Part shown: positions 53,145 to 61,747 of the stretch, piece by piece
Layout of the letters: every line of letters begins with the position of its first letter
Numbering within the stretch: the first letter of the stretch is position 1
Source of the DNA: a phage
DNA: 64,000 nucleotides
Sequence record: PZ386972.1
Reading direction: 5' to 3' (one strand)
Position numbers and translations under genes: made by a program
The notes under the pieces: generated by a model
Seen by the model: the letters and a program-made list of their open reading frames with translations, nothing else
Told to the model about the DNA's origin: nothing
Databases searched by the model: none

Positions 53145-54155
53145 TTACTCGCTTTCGGTGCTAGTGGTAAAAGTAGAAATATCAATACCTTTTACCATTT
53201 CATCAATCATTTCAGCGATGTTAAAACTTTGCACCATTTCTAGCATTGCCGCCTCCATAGCTGCACCTGCCACCGCTTTCGCCTTTTGGTTAGTCGGGGC
53301 GTACTGGTCAACCGCTACACTTAGCAGGTTAGCGATCACTACACGACCAATCGGCGTATCAATATAACCTTTAATCATGAACGGCGCTTTTTTAGCCGCT
53401 ACTTTCGTGATTTGAGTCAGTGCAATTTTACCCGCTTCCAGTTTTGCAGCATTTACAACAGCGGATTTATTGGCGGCAACGATGTTAGCAATCTTGGTCA
53501 TGGTATTTTTTCCTTTGTTTTCAGTAGTTTGAGTGTTAACGCTTTGAGTGTTAGAATTTACATCATGTTTTTCTATATTGTCAATAGGCTGATTTTCATC
53601 TTTCCAGAAAGAAAAACCAGCGCTTTCAATATCTCCGTCATAAATATACGAGTATAGTTCCGAGGGTAACAAAAAATTACCATCGCCATCAAAAGCCATT
53701 ACAGCGGTATATTGAGATCCGTCATCATCCGGCTTATGCCACCCAGCGGGTAAATACTTCCAGATAACATTTAAAAATCCCTCAATACTAGAAAGTCCAT
53801 TTATCAGATCAAGTCCAATAAGCTCAAAACCATTTATATTAAATGATTGACGGCCTGAATTGCTATGATACGCAACAATATTATTGCCCTGCGCAATAAT
53901 AAAATCGGCATCCGGCCCCGCTCCCCTGCCTGTAAAGATATGGCAATCCCGATTATATAAAACTAACGTTGCCCCTTGCTTATATAGTGGTAGAAAACTA
54001 TCAATATCATAAGCGTCATAATCATCAAAAAAGTTTTGATGAATAGTTTCAGCCTTGTTAATAAAATGTTTAATACTGGTTGTCCTGCTACCGTCCAGCA
54101 GGTTGCGCAATGCACCTTTTAAAACGGTGGCATTATCAGGTTTATAAAGCCTCAT
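53145..54155 (-). CDS. hypothetical protein (336 aa), first gene of the minus-strand pre-early block
   Basis: ORF track, GAGGGAGG RBS; terminator-like hairpin GCGGGGA...TCCCCGC downstream. Confidence 0.5.
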   Translation of the reverse strand: MRLYKPDNATVLKGALRNLLDGSRTTSIKHFINKAETIHQNFFDDYDAYDIDSFLPLYKQGATLVLYNRDCHIFTGRGAGPDADFIIAQGNNIVAYHSNSGRQSFNINGFELIGLDLINGLSSIEGFLNVIWKYLPAGWHKPDDDGSQYTAVMAFDGDGNFLLPSELYSYIYDGDIESAGFSFWKDENQPIDNIEKHDVNSNTQSVNTQTTENKGKNTMTKIANIVAANKSAVVNAAKLEAGKIALTQITKVAAKKAPFMIKGYIDTPIGRVVIANLLSVAVDQYAPTNQKAKAVAGAAMEAAMLEMVQSFNIAEMIDEMVKGIDISTFTTSTESE

Positions 54156-54456
54156 TTGTTCGGCCTCCCTCGTTAATCGGTGAGTGAATGATATAGATAT
54201 TTTCTTTCTAGGGGCAAATATTATTTTACCTTTTTACCTTTTTATTTTCCTTGCCTAGCGCCTAGTTTTATGCTAACCGCGCAGCGGTGCAATAAAGAGC
54301 AAAACACGGCGAAGCCACCAGGGCGACGGGTGAAGGCTTTACTTTAATATTACTCCACCGCATTTAGCTCGTTAGAAAGCGTTTTAGGCCGCTTAAAATT
54401 GATTGCAGTTGTTAACACTACCTTTCTACCCTGTATATTTATACAGTAGAATAACC

Positions 54457-54465
54457 TGTGGATAA
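54457..54465 (-). promoter_or_regulatory. DnaA box (TGTGGATAA on plus strand)
   Basis: Exact consensus. Confidence 0.6.
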
Positions 54466-54468
54466 GTC

Positions 54469-54477
54469 TGTGGATAA
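54469..54477 (-). promoter_or_regulatory. DnaA box (TGTGGATAA on plus strand)
   Basis: Exact consensus, 12 nt from the previous box. Confidence 0.6.
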
Positions 54478-54529
54478 GTCTTTATATCGCCGCCTATCGT
54501 GTCAAATCATTTTGTGCTGTTAATAAACT

Positions 54530-54538
54530 TGTGGATAA
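54530..54538 (-). promoter_or_regulatory. DnaA box (TGTGGATAA on plus strand)
   Basis: Exact consensus. Confidence 0.6.
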
Positions 54539-54649
54539 CTTAAATGATAGTGGTTCTCACTTAGGCCGATAGTTTCTTATAGTTATTATTTCTCATTAAT
54601 TTATATGTATATTATATATCATGAAATAGTTAGTTGGCTAATGAGATTT

Positions 54650-54830
54650 TCCGTGATTAATAGTCTGCTAATAGTTTAAGCCGTTACAATCCACCAGCAT
54701 GATTATCATCCTAGCAATTATTAGTCTGCTATCTTTCCGATGCATACTAACAAATAAAAGTCAATTAATTTATTTCATAAAATAAGTAGTTATCCACTGG
54801 AAAATAAAAGTCAAGTGGATAACTAGGAAA
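54650..54830 (+). repeat. AT-rich control region with direct repeats (ATTAnTAGTCTGCTA x2, AATAAAAGTCAA x2) and two convergent DnaA-like boxes
   Basis: TTATCCACT at about 54790 and its inverse AGTGGATAA at about 54814. Confidence 0.55.
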
Positions 54831-55280
54831 ATTTCATTTTTGCTTTTGGGGATAAGTTATCAACAAGGCTAGAATGCGCCTAAAACGCCCTAGAATGCGA
54901 TGAAAGTTTTAGTCATGCCATTGCATTGCCTACCCTCGTTTATCGCTACCACGAGCTTTTTAGGTTTTGTCAAGTAGGGCAAAGCAAATATAAATGAAAA
55001 AATTACTTGCCTATCTGCTATGTTTTGTGGTATTCGCGCGCCCGTTTCTTTTAATTTTAGTGCGCCGCGCCCAGGTCGCCGCACGCCGTCCGGTGGATCG
55101 TGTCTTTACATTTCTTTACAAAATTAAGGTTGCGCCCTTTTCGGGAATCCCCTATTATTTATCACGTAGGGCGGCAATGACGAACTACACGGCGGGAAGT
55201 TTACCGCCGCGCTCTTTAAAAATTGGGTACATCTTAAAGCCTATCGGCGGTAAACTTATACATTATAAGGAATCGACGAT

Positions 55281-55484
55281 ATGAAACAAACTTTATTGAT
55301 CACTGGTAAACCTAGCAAGGCACTGGACAGCAAAACAAAAAATTTGTTGACAGTAGCGCAAAGATCGGTAAAATATCGATTTAAGCAGTACAAGAAAGGT
55401 CGCCAGCAAGGTCTGGAAATGATCTGGCGAAATATTATGATTGACCTGAAAGAAAATCATAAAAAATCTCAAAAAATTGTTTGA
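55281..55484 (+). CDS. small basic protein
   Basis: ORF track. Confidence 0.4.
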   Translation: MKQTLLITGKPSKALDSKTKNLLTVAQRSVKYRFKQYKKGRQQGLEMIWRNIMIDLKENHKKSQKIV

Positions 55485-55711
55485 CAACCTAGCCGATAGG
55501 TTTTAAGATGTACTCAGTTCGATAAGAGCGATAACTTGATAAAATTTGACGGTCGGTGCTTACCATAATGCATCCCGCCCCCTAACTGGGATATAGCGGC
55601 CTACGTGGAGTTCTTTAAATTGAATATACTGGCGAGCGGATTGTTACTTATTACCTGCTACTTTCTAGCAGGTAATGCGGAACAATCCCCAAATAACTAG
55701 GAGTTTATATT

Positions 55712-55963
55712 ATGCAAAACGTTATCACCGCGCCGAAAGTTGGTCAGTCTGTTTTTATTCCTTTCGTTACTAAAACGGATGAACTAACCGGAAAAGCCGA
55801 ACGTATTAAAGGTGCGGCGCTTATGCCGTTTGATACAATCGACGCGGTATATGCTGAAAATGAACGCAGTAACAACGGCAAAACCGTTTTTAGCGTTCGG
55901 GTTAAATCCGGCGATGTTGTAAAGGTTGTTCAACGCAACGAAAAATGGGAAGCTGTTTTATAA
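55712..55963 (+). CDS. hypothetical protein
   Basis: ORF track, AGGAG RBS. Confidence 0.45.
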   Translation: MQNVITAPKVGQSVFIPFVTKTDELTGKAERIKGAALMPFDTIDAVYAENERSNNGKTVFSVRVKSGDVVKVVQRNEKWEAVL

Positions 55964-56061
55964 TTTAGTGTTAACTTTATATACCCCAGTAGTTAGGGGT
56001 ATATAACGATTAACATTATGTTAATCTTATCCCTTAAATTAAACTAATAGGAGTTTTTACC

Positions 56062-56469
56062 ATGACTAACGTTAAAACCGCAAAATTCGCTTGGAATGAA
56101 GAAAACACCCAGAAAGCTGTTTCTATGTACCAGCAGTTAATCAATGAAAACGGTTTAGATTTCGCAAATAGTGACGGGCTGAAAGAGATTGCAAAAGCAG
56201 TAGGCGCGGCTTCTCCCGTGTCAGTTCGCTCAAAATTGACCAGTGCAAAAGCCTACCAAAAAAGCGATAAGCCTCGTAAAGTTGGCGGCGGTAGTTCTGT
56301 ACGCAAGGCGCATTATGTGCGCGTTATCGCTAAACACGCCATTGATTCCGGCATTATCAAAGACGCTGATGATCTGGCAAGTCTGGAAAGTGCAAAACTT
56401 GAAACGCTGGATGCGGTAGCGCAACTGTTAGGCGTTGCTGATGAAGTGAAACAAGCCGCAGGAGAATAA
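56062..56469 (+). CDS. hypothetical protein
   Basis: ORF track, AGGAG RBS. Confidence 0.45.
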   Translation: MTNVKTAKFAWNEENTQKAVSMYQQLINENGLDFANSDGLKEIAKAVGAASPVSVRSKLTSAKAYQKSDKPRKVGGGSSVRKAHYVRVIAKHAIDSGIIKDADDLASLESAKLETLDAVAQLLGVADEVKQAAGE

Positions 56470-56477
56470 TTATATAC

Positions 56478-56508
56478 CTTGCCCCCTTCTAGTGAGGGGG
56501 CAATAATA
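56478..56508 (+). terminator. rho-independent terminator
   Basis: CTTGCCCCC...GGGGGCAA hairpin. Confidence 0.55.
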
Positions 56509-56558
56509 TAACTGTTTAGCGATAGTTATTTTCTTCCCTTAAATCAGGAGTTTTAAAA

Positions 56559-56756
56559 ATGATTTTCTTTCCTACTGAATCCTTAATTCTAGGCTTGTTT
56601 ATTATGGCGGCCTCGTTATTGTTCGCTTATTTTCAAAATGATTTAGATTCGTATTATTTTAAACGTAAATCTAAGTTAGCAAAACGTTTGGGCTTGCTTT
56701 GTTTTATCGCTGCCGTTGCTTGTGGTGTTAGTTCTAGCCTTATGCCTTTAAATTAA
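56559..56756 (+). CDS. small membrane protein (2 TM)
   Basis: ORF track. Confidence 0.4.
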   Translation: MIFFPTESLILGLFIMAASLLFAYFQNDLDSYYFKRKSKLAKRLGLLCFIAAVACGVSSSLMPLN

Positions 56757-56846
56757 TGTTGCAAATTATAACGCCTATTATTCGAGGCGTTATATTTGGC
56801 AATATTGCCGTTATTAATCTAATCCCTTTAATGGAGTTTTATTATT

Positions 56847-58511
56847 ATGATTATTTCCGCAGAAAAACAAACCGTTATCCTGAAAATGGCCGCTGACTTT
56901 AATTTCTATGGTAAACGTCTGCGCGCCACTAAACTGGAGGTCTGCGACGATATATCAAAAGCGGTATATGATACTACAAAACACTCGACCGCTATCTGCG
57001 ACTGGCTGGAAGCAAATAAACCAGTTAAACCGAAAGCGGCGAAAGTAGCAAAAGCCATTAAAAACGATGAGCGTCCAGAAGCGGCGGGGATTGTTTCTAG
57101 CACGGTTGAACAGTGGGAAGTAAAACAAGGCAAACGCTTTATTATTACGTCGATTCAGAATAATACTTTCCCGCATAAAAACTTTTTAGCCTCATTGGAA
57201 AAATTCGCTGAATATATCGGTGCTGATTTGCTTGTTTCTAAGTATATTTATAATAAAAACGGCTTCCAAAATGGCGAGGGTGCGGATGGAATCAAATATG
57301 ATTCCGCGTTCGATAAATATATTTGCAGCAAAAACGTGTTTTTAAATAACCGCCGTTTTGCTTTCATGGCTGAAATTAACGTGTTACCAACCGCAGACTA
57401 TCCGCTTTCTGGATTCGCTGAAACTGCAACGGCGCTTAATCTGGAAGGTCTGGCAATCGGTCACGCTAAAATCACCGCTGAAAGCGTGCCAGCTCTCAAA
57501 GGTGAAGTAGTACGCCGTATGTATTCAACGGGCACGGCAACGCTCAAAAACTACATTCAGCAAAAAGCAGGGCAAAAAGCGGAGGCGCTTCATAACTTTG
57601 GTGCGCTGATTGTCGAGTTCGATGATGATGGTGAGTTTTTTGTGCGCCAGCTTGAAACAATGGATGAAAGCGGGGTGTTTTATGATCTGAATGTTTGCGC
57701 TACTCCCGCAGGATGCTATGAAACATCGGGGCATGTGCTAGGCTTGCAATATGGTGACATACACGCCGAAAAACTGGATGATGATTGTGCCGTTGCGTCA
57801 TGGGCTGGCGAAAATAGCTTGCTTGATATTCTTAAACCAAAATATCAGTTTATCCATGACGTGCATGATTTTACATCCCGCAATCATCATAATCGTGCAT
57901 CCGGTGTATTCCTAGCTAAACAATACGCCGCCGGACGTGATAAAGTTCTGGATGATCTTATCGATACTGGTCGCGTGCTGGAATCGATGGAACGTGATTT
58001 TAGTCAAACGATTATTGTGGAATCTAACCATGATTTAGCGTTATCCCGCTGGTTGGATGATCGTAATGCTAACATTAAAGACGATCCAGCAAACGCGGAA
58101 CTATATCACCGCCTGAATGCCGCGATTTACGGAGCTATTGCAGAAAAAGACGATACTTTCAACGTGCTAGATTATGCATTGCGCAAGGTTGCAGGTTGTG
58201 AGTTTAACGCCATTTTCCTAACAACTGACCAATCATTTAAAATTGCAGGCATCGAGTGTGGCGTACACGGTCACAACGGCATTAACGGCAGCCGTGGCAA
58301 TCCTAAACAATTTAAGAAATTGGGCAAATTGAACACCGGACACACTCACACCGCCAGCATTTACGGCGGGGTATATACCGCTGGCGTTGCTGGTAGTCTC
58401 GATATGGGTTACAACGTTGGCGCGTCAAGCTGGACGCAAACGCATTTAATTACCTATGCAAACGGGCAGCGCACTTTGATCGATTTTAAGAATGGTAAAT
58501 TCTTTGCGTAA
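56847..58511 (+). CDS. A1: A1-like pre-early protein, metallophosphoesterase-fold nuclease
   Basis: 554 aa; calcineurin-like motifs GDIHAE, ESNHD, GHTHT; size and placement beside dmp-like gene match T5 A1 (from memory). Confidence 0.6.
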   Translation: MIISAEKQTVILKMAADFNFYGKRLRATKLEVCDDISKAVYDTTKHSTAICDWLEANKPVKPKAAKVAKAIKNDERPEAAGIVSSTVEQWEVKQGKRFIITSIQNNTFPHKNFLASLEKFAEYIGADLLVSKYIYNKNGFQNGEGADGIKYDSAFDKYICSKNVFLNNRRFAFMAEINVLPTADYPLSGFAETATALNLEGLAIGHAKITAESVPALKGEVVRRMYSTGTATLKNYIQQKAGQKAEALHNFGALIVEFDDDGEFFVRQLETMDESGVFYDLNVCATPAGCYETSGHVLGLQYGDIHAEKLDDDCAVASWAGENSLLDILKPKYQFIHDVHDFTSRNHHNRASGVFLAKQYAAGRDKVLDDLIDTGRVLESMERDFSQTIIVESNHDLALSRWLDDRNANIKDDPANAELYHRLNAAIYGAIAEKDDTFNVLDYALRKVAGCEFNAIFLTTDQSFKIAGIECGVHGHNGINGSRGNPKQFKKLGKLNTGHTHTASIYGGVYTAGVAGSLDMGYNVGASSWTQTHLITYANGQRTLIDFKNGKFFA

Positions 58512-58564
58512 TTAAATTATTCCCTAGCGGCTTGAAATATAGCCGCTATCACAGGAGTCAAAAA

Positions 58565-58822
58565 ATGAAAGTTACATTACCCAAAACATTGGACGAAAAA
58601 GTATTCATTTCACCGGATGAAATGGAATCTGATAAAGTTTACAGCTTCGGGCCTATCCTAGCCGCCAAAACTAATACGGATGGTATTATTTCCGTCGATT
58701 CCCGTGATAACGATATTGTCCCTTTTGATGATGATGGTGCTTTTTATGAGTGGCTAAGCGATAATAATTTACCCGTAAACGGTGAATTAACGCCATACCA
58801 GATGCAGATTATTATCAAATAA
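58565..58822 (+). CDS. hypothetical acidic protein
   Basis: Internal ATG of track ORF 58532..58822 with GGAG RBS. Confidence 0.4.
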   Translation: MKVTLPKTLDEKVFISPDEMESDKVYSFGPILAAKTNTDGIISVDSRDNDIVPFDDDGAFYEWLSDNNLPVNGELTPYQMQIIIK

Positions 58823-58860
58823 ATTAAATCCATTATCAAACTAACTGGAGTTTTATAAAT

Positions 58861-59259
58861 ATGAAAAAGCAAAATATCCCATTCGATCGCGCTCAGTCCT
58901 CAATTGTTCTGGTTTATTCTAATGGCGAACGTTACCACGTCGAGGCGGGGCACGTTATTGATGACCTATTAGATTTCAATGACGCTTTGCAGGTTACTAC
59001 CTTTGCCTATACGCAAGGCAAACTAACCAGCCATATTAAGGCAAAAGGCGTTTATGTTGACACGGTGAAACAAGAAACGGTTATCATCGATGCCGTAAAA
59101 TCCGGCCTAGCCTTTGCAGTTGTCGCGCCTTGCCTCGCTTGCCTTGATGATCAATTGATTAGTGCAAAGGTCTACACATGTGCGGGGATTCGTTCTAGCG
59201 TATCCGGTGAGGATGTTAGTTTTATCGCTGATGCTCTCGCTTTTGGTCTGGCGTTCTAA
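58861..59259 (+). CDS. hypothetical protein (132 aa; possibly A2-like)
   Basis: ORF track; position between A1-like and dmp-like genes. Confidence 0.35.
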   Translation: MKKQNIPFDRAQSSIVLVYSNGERYHVEAGHVIDDLLDFNDALQVTTFAYTQGKLTSHIKAKGVYVDTVKQETVIIDAVKSGLAFAVVAPCLACLDDQLISAKVYTCAGIRSSVSGEDVSFIADALAFGLAF

Positions 59260-59273
59260 TAGTTAATTGAACA

Positions 59274-59306
59274 TAGCCCACTAATAAAATATAATTAGTG
59301 GGCTAG
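59274..59306 (+). terminator. hairpin, possible terminator
   Basis: AGCCCACTAAT...ATTAGTGGGCT inverted repeat, no clear U-run. Confidence 0.35.
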
Positions 59307-59346
59307 ATTGAATTAATCTAATCCCTTAAATGGAGAACGTAACAAA

Positions 59347-60081
59347 ATGAATCAAGTTAAAACGAATATTACCCGTAATTTCCCGCATATTTCCCGCGTC
59401 ATGATTTGGGATTTAGACGGCACTATCGTTAATTCCTTCCATCGTGTAGCGCCTTGCTTTGATAGCGAGGGCAATTTAGATTTAAATAAGTATAAAAATG
59501 AAGCCTGCAAACATCATTTAATAATGCAAGATACTTTATTGCCATTAGTTGAATATATGCGCCAGTGCATGAATGACGCAAATACTTTAAACATTATTTG
59601 CACCGCTCGACTAATGAGCAAGTCGGACTATTATTATTTGCGCAAACAAGGCTTGCGCGGTCGTGGTAATAGTAATATTCGCGTGTTTTCCCGTGATACA
59701 CTGCATAAATATTTTGAGGCTGATAAAGTTAGCGAAATATACCACAGCAAGGACGCAGTATATAAATCTTATTATTTTGAATTATTTAAACAACTATATC
59801 CGAACGCTGATTTTACAATGATTGATGATCATAAAGGCGTGCTATCAGCGGCAGCATCATACGGATTTAAAACGCTGGACGCGCAAGCCGTTAACGATAT
59901 TCTATCAATCGGCGTGACATTAATAGGTGAAACCTTTATTGATGAATCTCTCGACGATGATAATGATTATCAATTCCTAGCTGACCGCTTAAAGCTATGC
60001 TGGGAAGGTATGACCGAGGAAGAACGCGCAGAATATAGTTGCAGCCCGCAACAATATATCGAGAAATTAAAAGTTGCGTAA
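59347..60081 (+). CDS. dmp: HAD-type 5'-deoxyribonucleotidase (dmp-like)
   Basis: 244 aa with WDLDGTI HAD motif; size matches T5 dmp (from memory). Confidence 0.6.
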   Translation: MNQVKTNITRNFPHISRVMIWDLDGTIVNSFHRVAPCFDSEGNLDLNKYKNEACKHHLIMQDTLLPLVEYMRQCMNDANTLNIICTARLMSKSDYYYLRKQGLRGRGNSNIRVFSRDTLHKYFEADKVSEIYHSKDAVYKSYYFELFKQLYPNADFTMIDDHKGVLSAAASYGFKTLDAQAVNDILSIGVTLIGETFIDESLDDDNDYQFLADRLKLCWEGMTEEERAEYSCSPQQYIEKLKVA

Positions 60082-60099
60082 TAATTAAAGTTGAAATAG

Positions 60100-60136
60100 T
60101 TTCATCCTGCAATTAAAATGATTGCAGGATGAAACA
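60100..60136. terminator. bidirectional terminator hairpin between convergent gene blocks
   Basis: GTTTCATCCTGCAAT...ATTGCAGGATGAAAC perfect 15-bp inverted repeat. Confidence 0.65.
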
Positions 60137-60245
60137 ATTACCCTGCTAATAGTAACGGGGGTGGCGGTTAGCAGACTAAGTATTTTCGCCGGAGGCAGTG
60201 GACACACCTCCATGTGTAATCTTATGAAATTTGGCAAAAGTCAGA

Positions 60246-60491
60246 TTAGCGCATAGAAGGGTCATCAAACCGATGTTCAGGTCTAAACTCACGAAATCTC
60301 TTCCGCGACGCCCGAGATCCATCCGACCACTCCCGCTCAAACTCCACACGTTTCTCGTCAAACTTCCGCTCCCTTTCCGCAATCTCCCGCGTCACTCCCG
60401 CAATATATTCCCGATGTTTATTGATTGCCGCAGTTGTCCCGAAAACTCCCGCGAGTATCCCGATAATAAAAGCAATTATAATACTAAACAT
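60246..60491 (-). CDS. small single-pass membrane protein
   Basis: ORF track; N-terminal TM helix. Confidence 0.4.
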   Translation of the reverse strand: MFSIIIAFIIGILAGVFGTTAAINKHREYIAGVTREIAERERKFDEKRVEFEREWSDGSRASRKRFREFRPEHRFDDPSMR

Positions 60492-60681
60492 CTAATTCCT
60501 TCTCAATTTGCAGAATACGGGTGCTATCACAACGTTGCAGTAGTACTAGCTTTTCTAGAATAACTTGTTGTTGTTGTTTCACCTGAGCTTCTAGAGTTTT
60601 TAGGCGGAGATACACGACACGAGAGACAATGAGGATTACCCATACTAATATTACTATTAGTGTAACTGCCGCTTCCATCAT
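60484..60681 (-). CDS. small single-pass membrane protein (paralog family)
   Basis: ORF track; TM helix plus coiled-coil tail. Confidence 0.4.
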   Translation of the reverse strand: MMEAAVTLIVILVWVILIVSRVVYLRLKTLEAQVKQQQQVILEKLVLLQRCDSTRILQIEKELDV

Positions 60682-60784
60682 TTACGTTTCCCCGATAGTA
60701 AGGTTTCGATTCTAGCTAAGTGATTATCTAAAATACACTGCCCAATAATCACAATCCCCAGTAGTGCAATAATTACCCATTCCA

Positions 60785-60970
60785 TTATTTACGCTCCTCT
60801 AATAAAGTTTCAATTCTAGATAGTCTATTGCTCAACTGCATTAATTTAATTTCTGTTTGGGTTACAGAGGTATCTATTACACGTAAGCCTATAAAGAGAA
60901 GTATCAATAAGACGAATATGCCAATAATTACCCATTCCATTAAATCCACCCCGCCATAGCTGCTAACCAA
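60785..60970 (-). CDS. small single-pass membrane protein (paralog family, MEWVII N-terminus)
   Basis: ORF track; an unlisted 34-aa sibling MEWVIIALLGIVIIG... lies at about 60690-60790. Confidence 0.4.
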   Translation of the reverse strand: MVSSYGGVDLMEWVIIGIFVLLILLFIGLRVIDTSVTQTEIKLMQLSNRLSRIETLLEERK

Positions 60971-61015
60971 AAACCTACGAAAATTAGGAATAATACAAAA
61001 CCAAATCCGTAAATA

Positions 61016-61348
61016 TTAATCCACGCTTCGTACACTTCTCCGCGCCTGTTCTTTCTTTTGTTTGACATATCTTTCATGCTCCCGTAAATGTGGTATTTGG
61101 AATATTCTAGCAATTGCACGAACCATTATAACTGTTCCTATGAGATCCATCATTTCATCAAATCCAGATTCTTCTAGAAGAAATGATGTTCCCATTACAT
61201 CTTCCATAGTGTCTTGTATGACGTCCTGAATGATTTCATTAACTGCATTGTGAACCGCTTTTGCTCTAGGAGTCATCTCAAGTGGCATAGGTTCCTGGAA
61301 GGGCTTCTCATTTTCTTGCATAGTGTTTTCTGCCAGTACACCATCCAA
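61016..61348 (-). CDS. hypothetical protein
   Basis: ORF track. Confidence 0.4.
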   Translation of the reverse strand: MDGVLAENTMQENEKPFQEPMPLEMTPRAKAVHNAVNEIIQDVIQDTMEDVMGTSFLLEESGFDEMMDLIGTVIMVRAIARIFQIPHLREHERYVKQKKEQARRSVRSVD

Positions 61349-61395
61349 GAAATAAAAAATTTAGTTTACTTGGATGTCTTTTTGTTTTATACTAA

Positions 61396-61662
61396 TTACA
61401 GGTAATTAGATTGTTCTAGTTTAAATTTACAATTACCATATTTAAGGTCAAACTGACTGAGATCCCACCATCCAAACTTAGTACGGAGCTGTACTACTGG
61501 AAAGCGATCTCCCTTAATACGAACTTTTTGAACCTTGAGACCGTAATGTTCTTCTCCCGCACCACCAAAAGATTTTACAAATCCCGTACAAAATGGTTTG
61601 GGAGCAGGTGCACAACCAGATAACATAACTGCGGCAACTAGTGCAATCACAAACTTTTTCAT
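61396..61662 (-). CDS. llp: Llp-like lipoprotein (candidate receptor-blocking superinfection-exclusion protein)
   Basis: Signal peptide with lipobox LSGC; small size; divergent from the adjacent receptor-binding-protein-like gene, as for T5 llp/oad. Confidence 0.5.
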   Translation of the reverse strand: MKKFVIALVAAVMLSGCAPAPKPFCTGFVKSFGGAGEEHYGLKVQKVRIKGDRFPVVQLRTKFGWWDLSQFDLKYGNCKFKLEQSNYL

Positions 61663-61747
61663 ATTTATCTCTCCATTTCTAATTTATGAATCTATTATAG
61701 CAAAATAGAGGGATGAAAGCAAATACATTTTTATAATAGGAGATTAT

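Larger units (their letters stand above)
54420..54640. repeat. right arm of the large imperfect inverted repeat (partner at 50300-50580)
   Basis: Contains three TGTGGATAA DnaA boxes in inverted orientation relative to the left arm. Confidence 0.6.

Noticed and set aside
54890-55284. Two overlapping ORFs (54890..55084 minus, 54994..55284 plus) in the pre-early control region
   Set aside because: Mutually overlapping, Arg/Pro-rich products from a GC-rich palindromic stretch, no RBS; region interpreted as regulatory.
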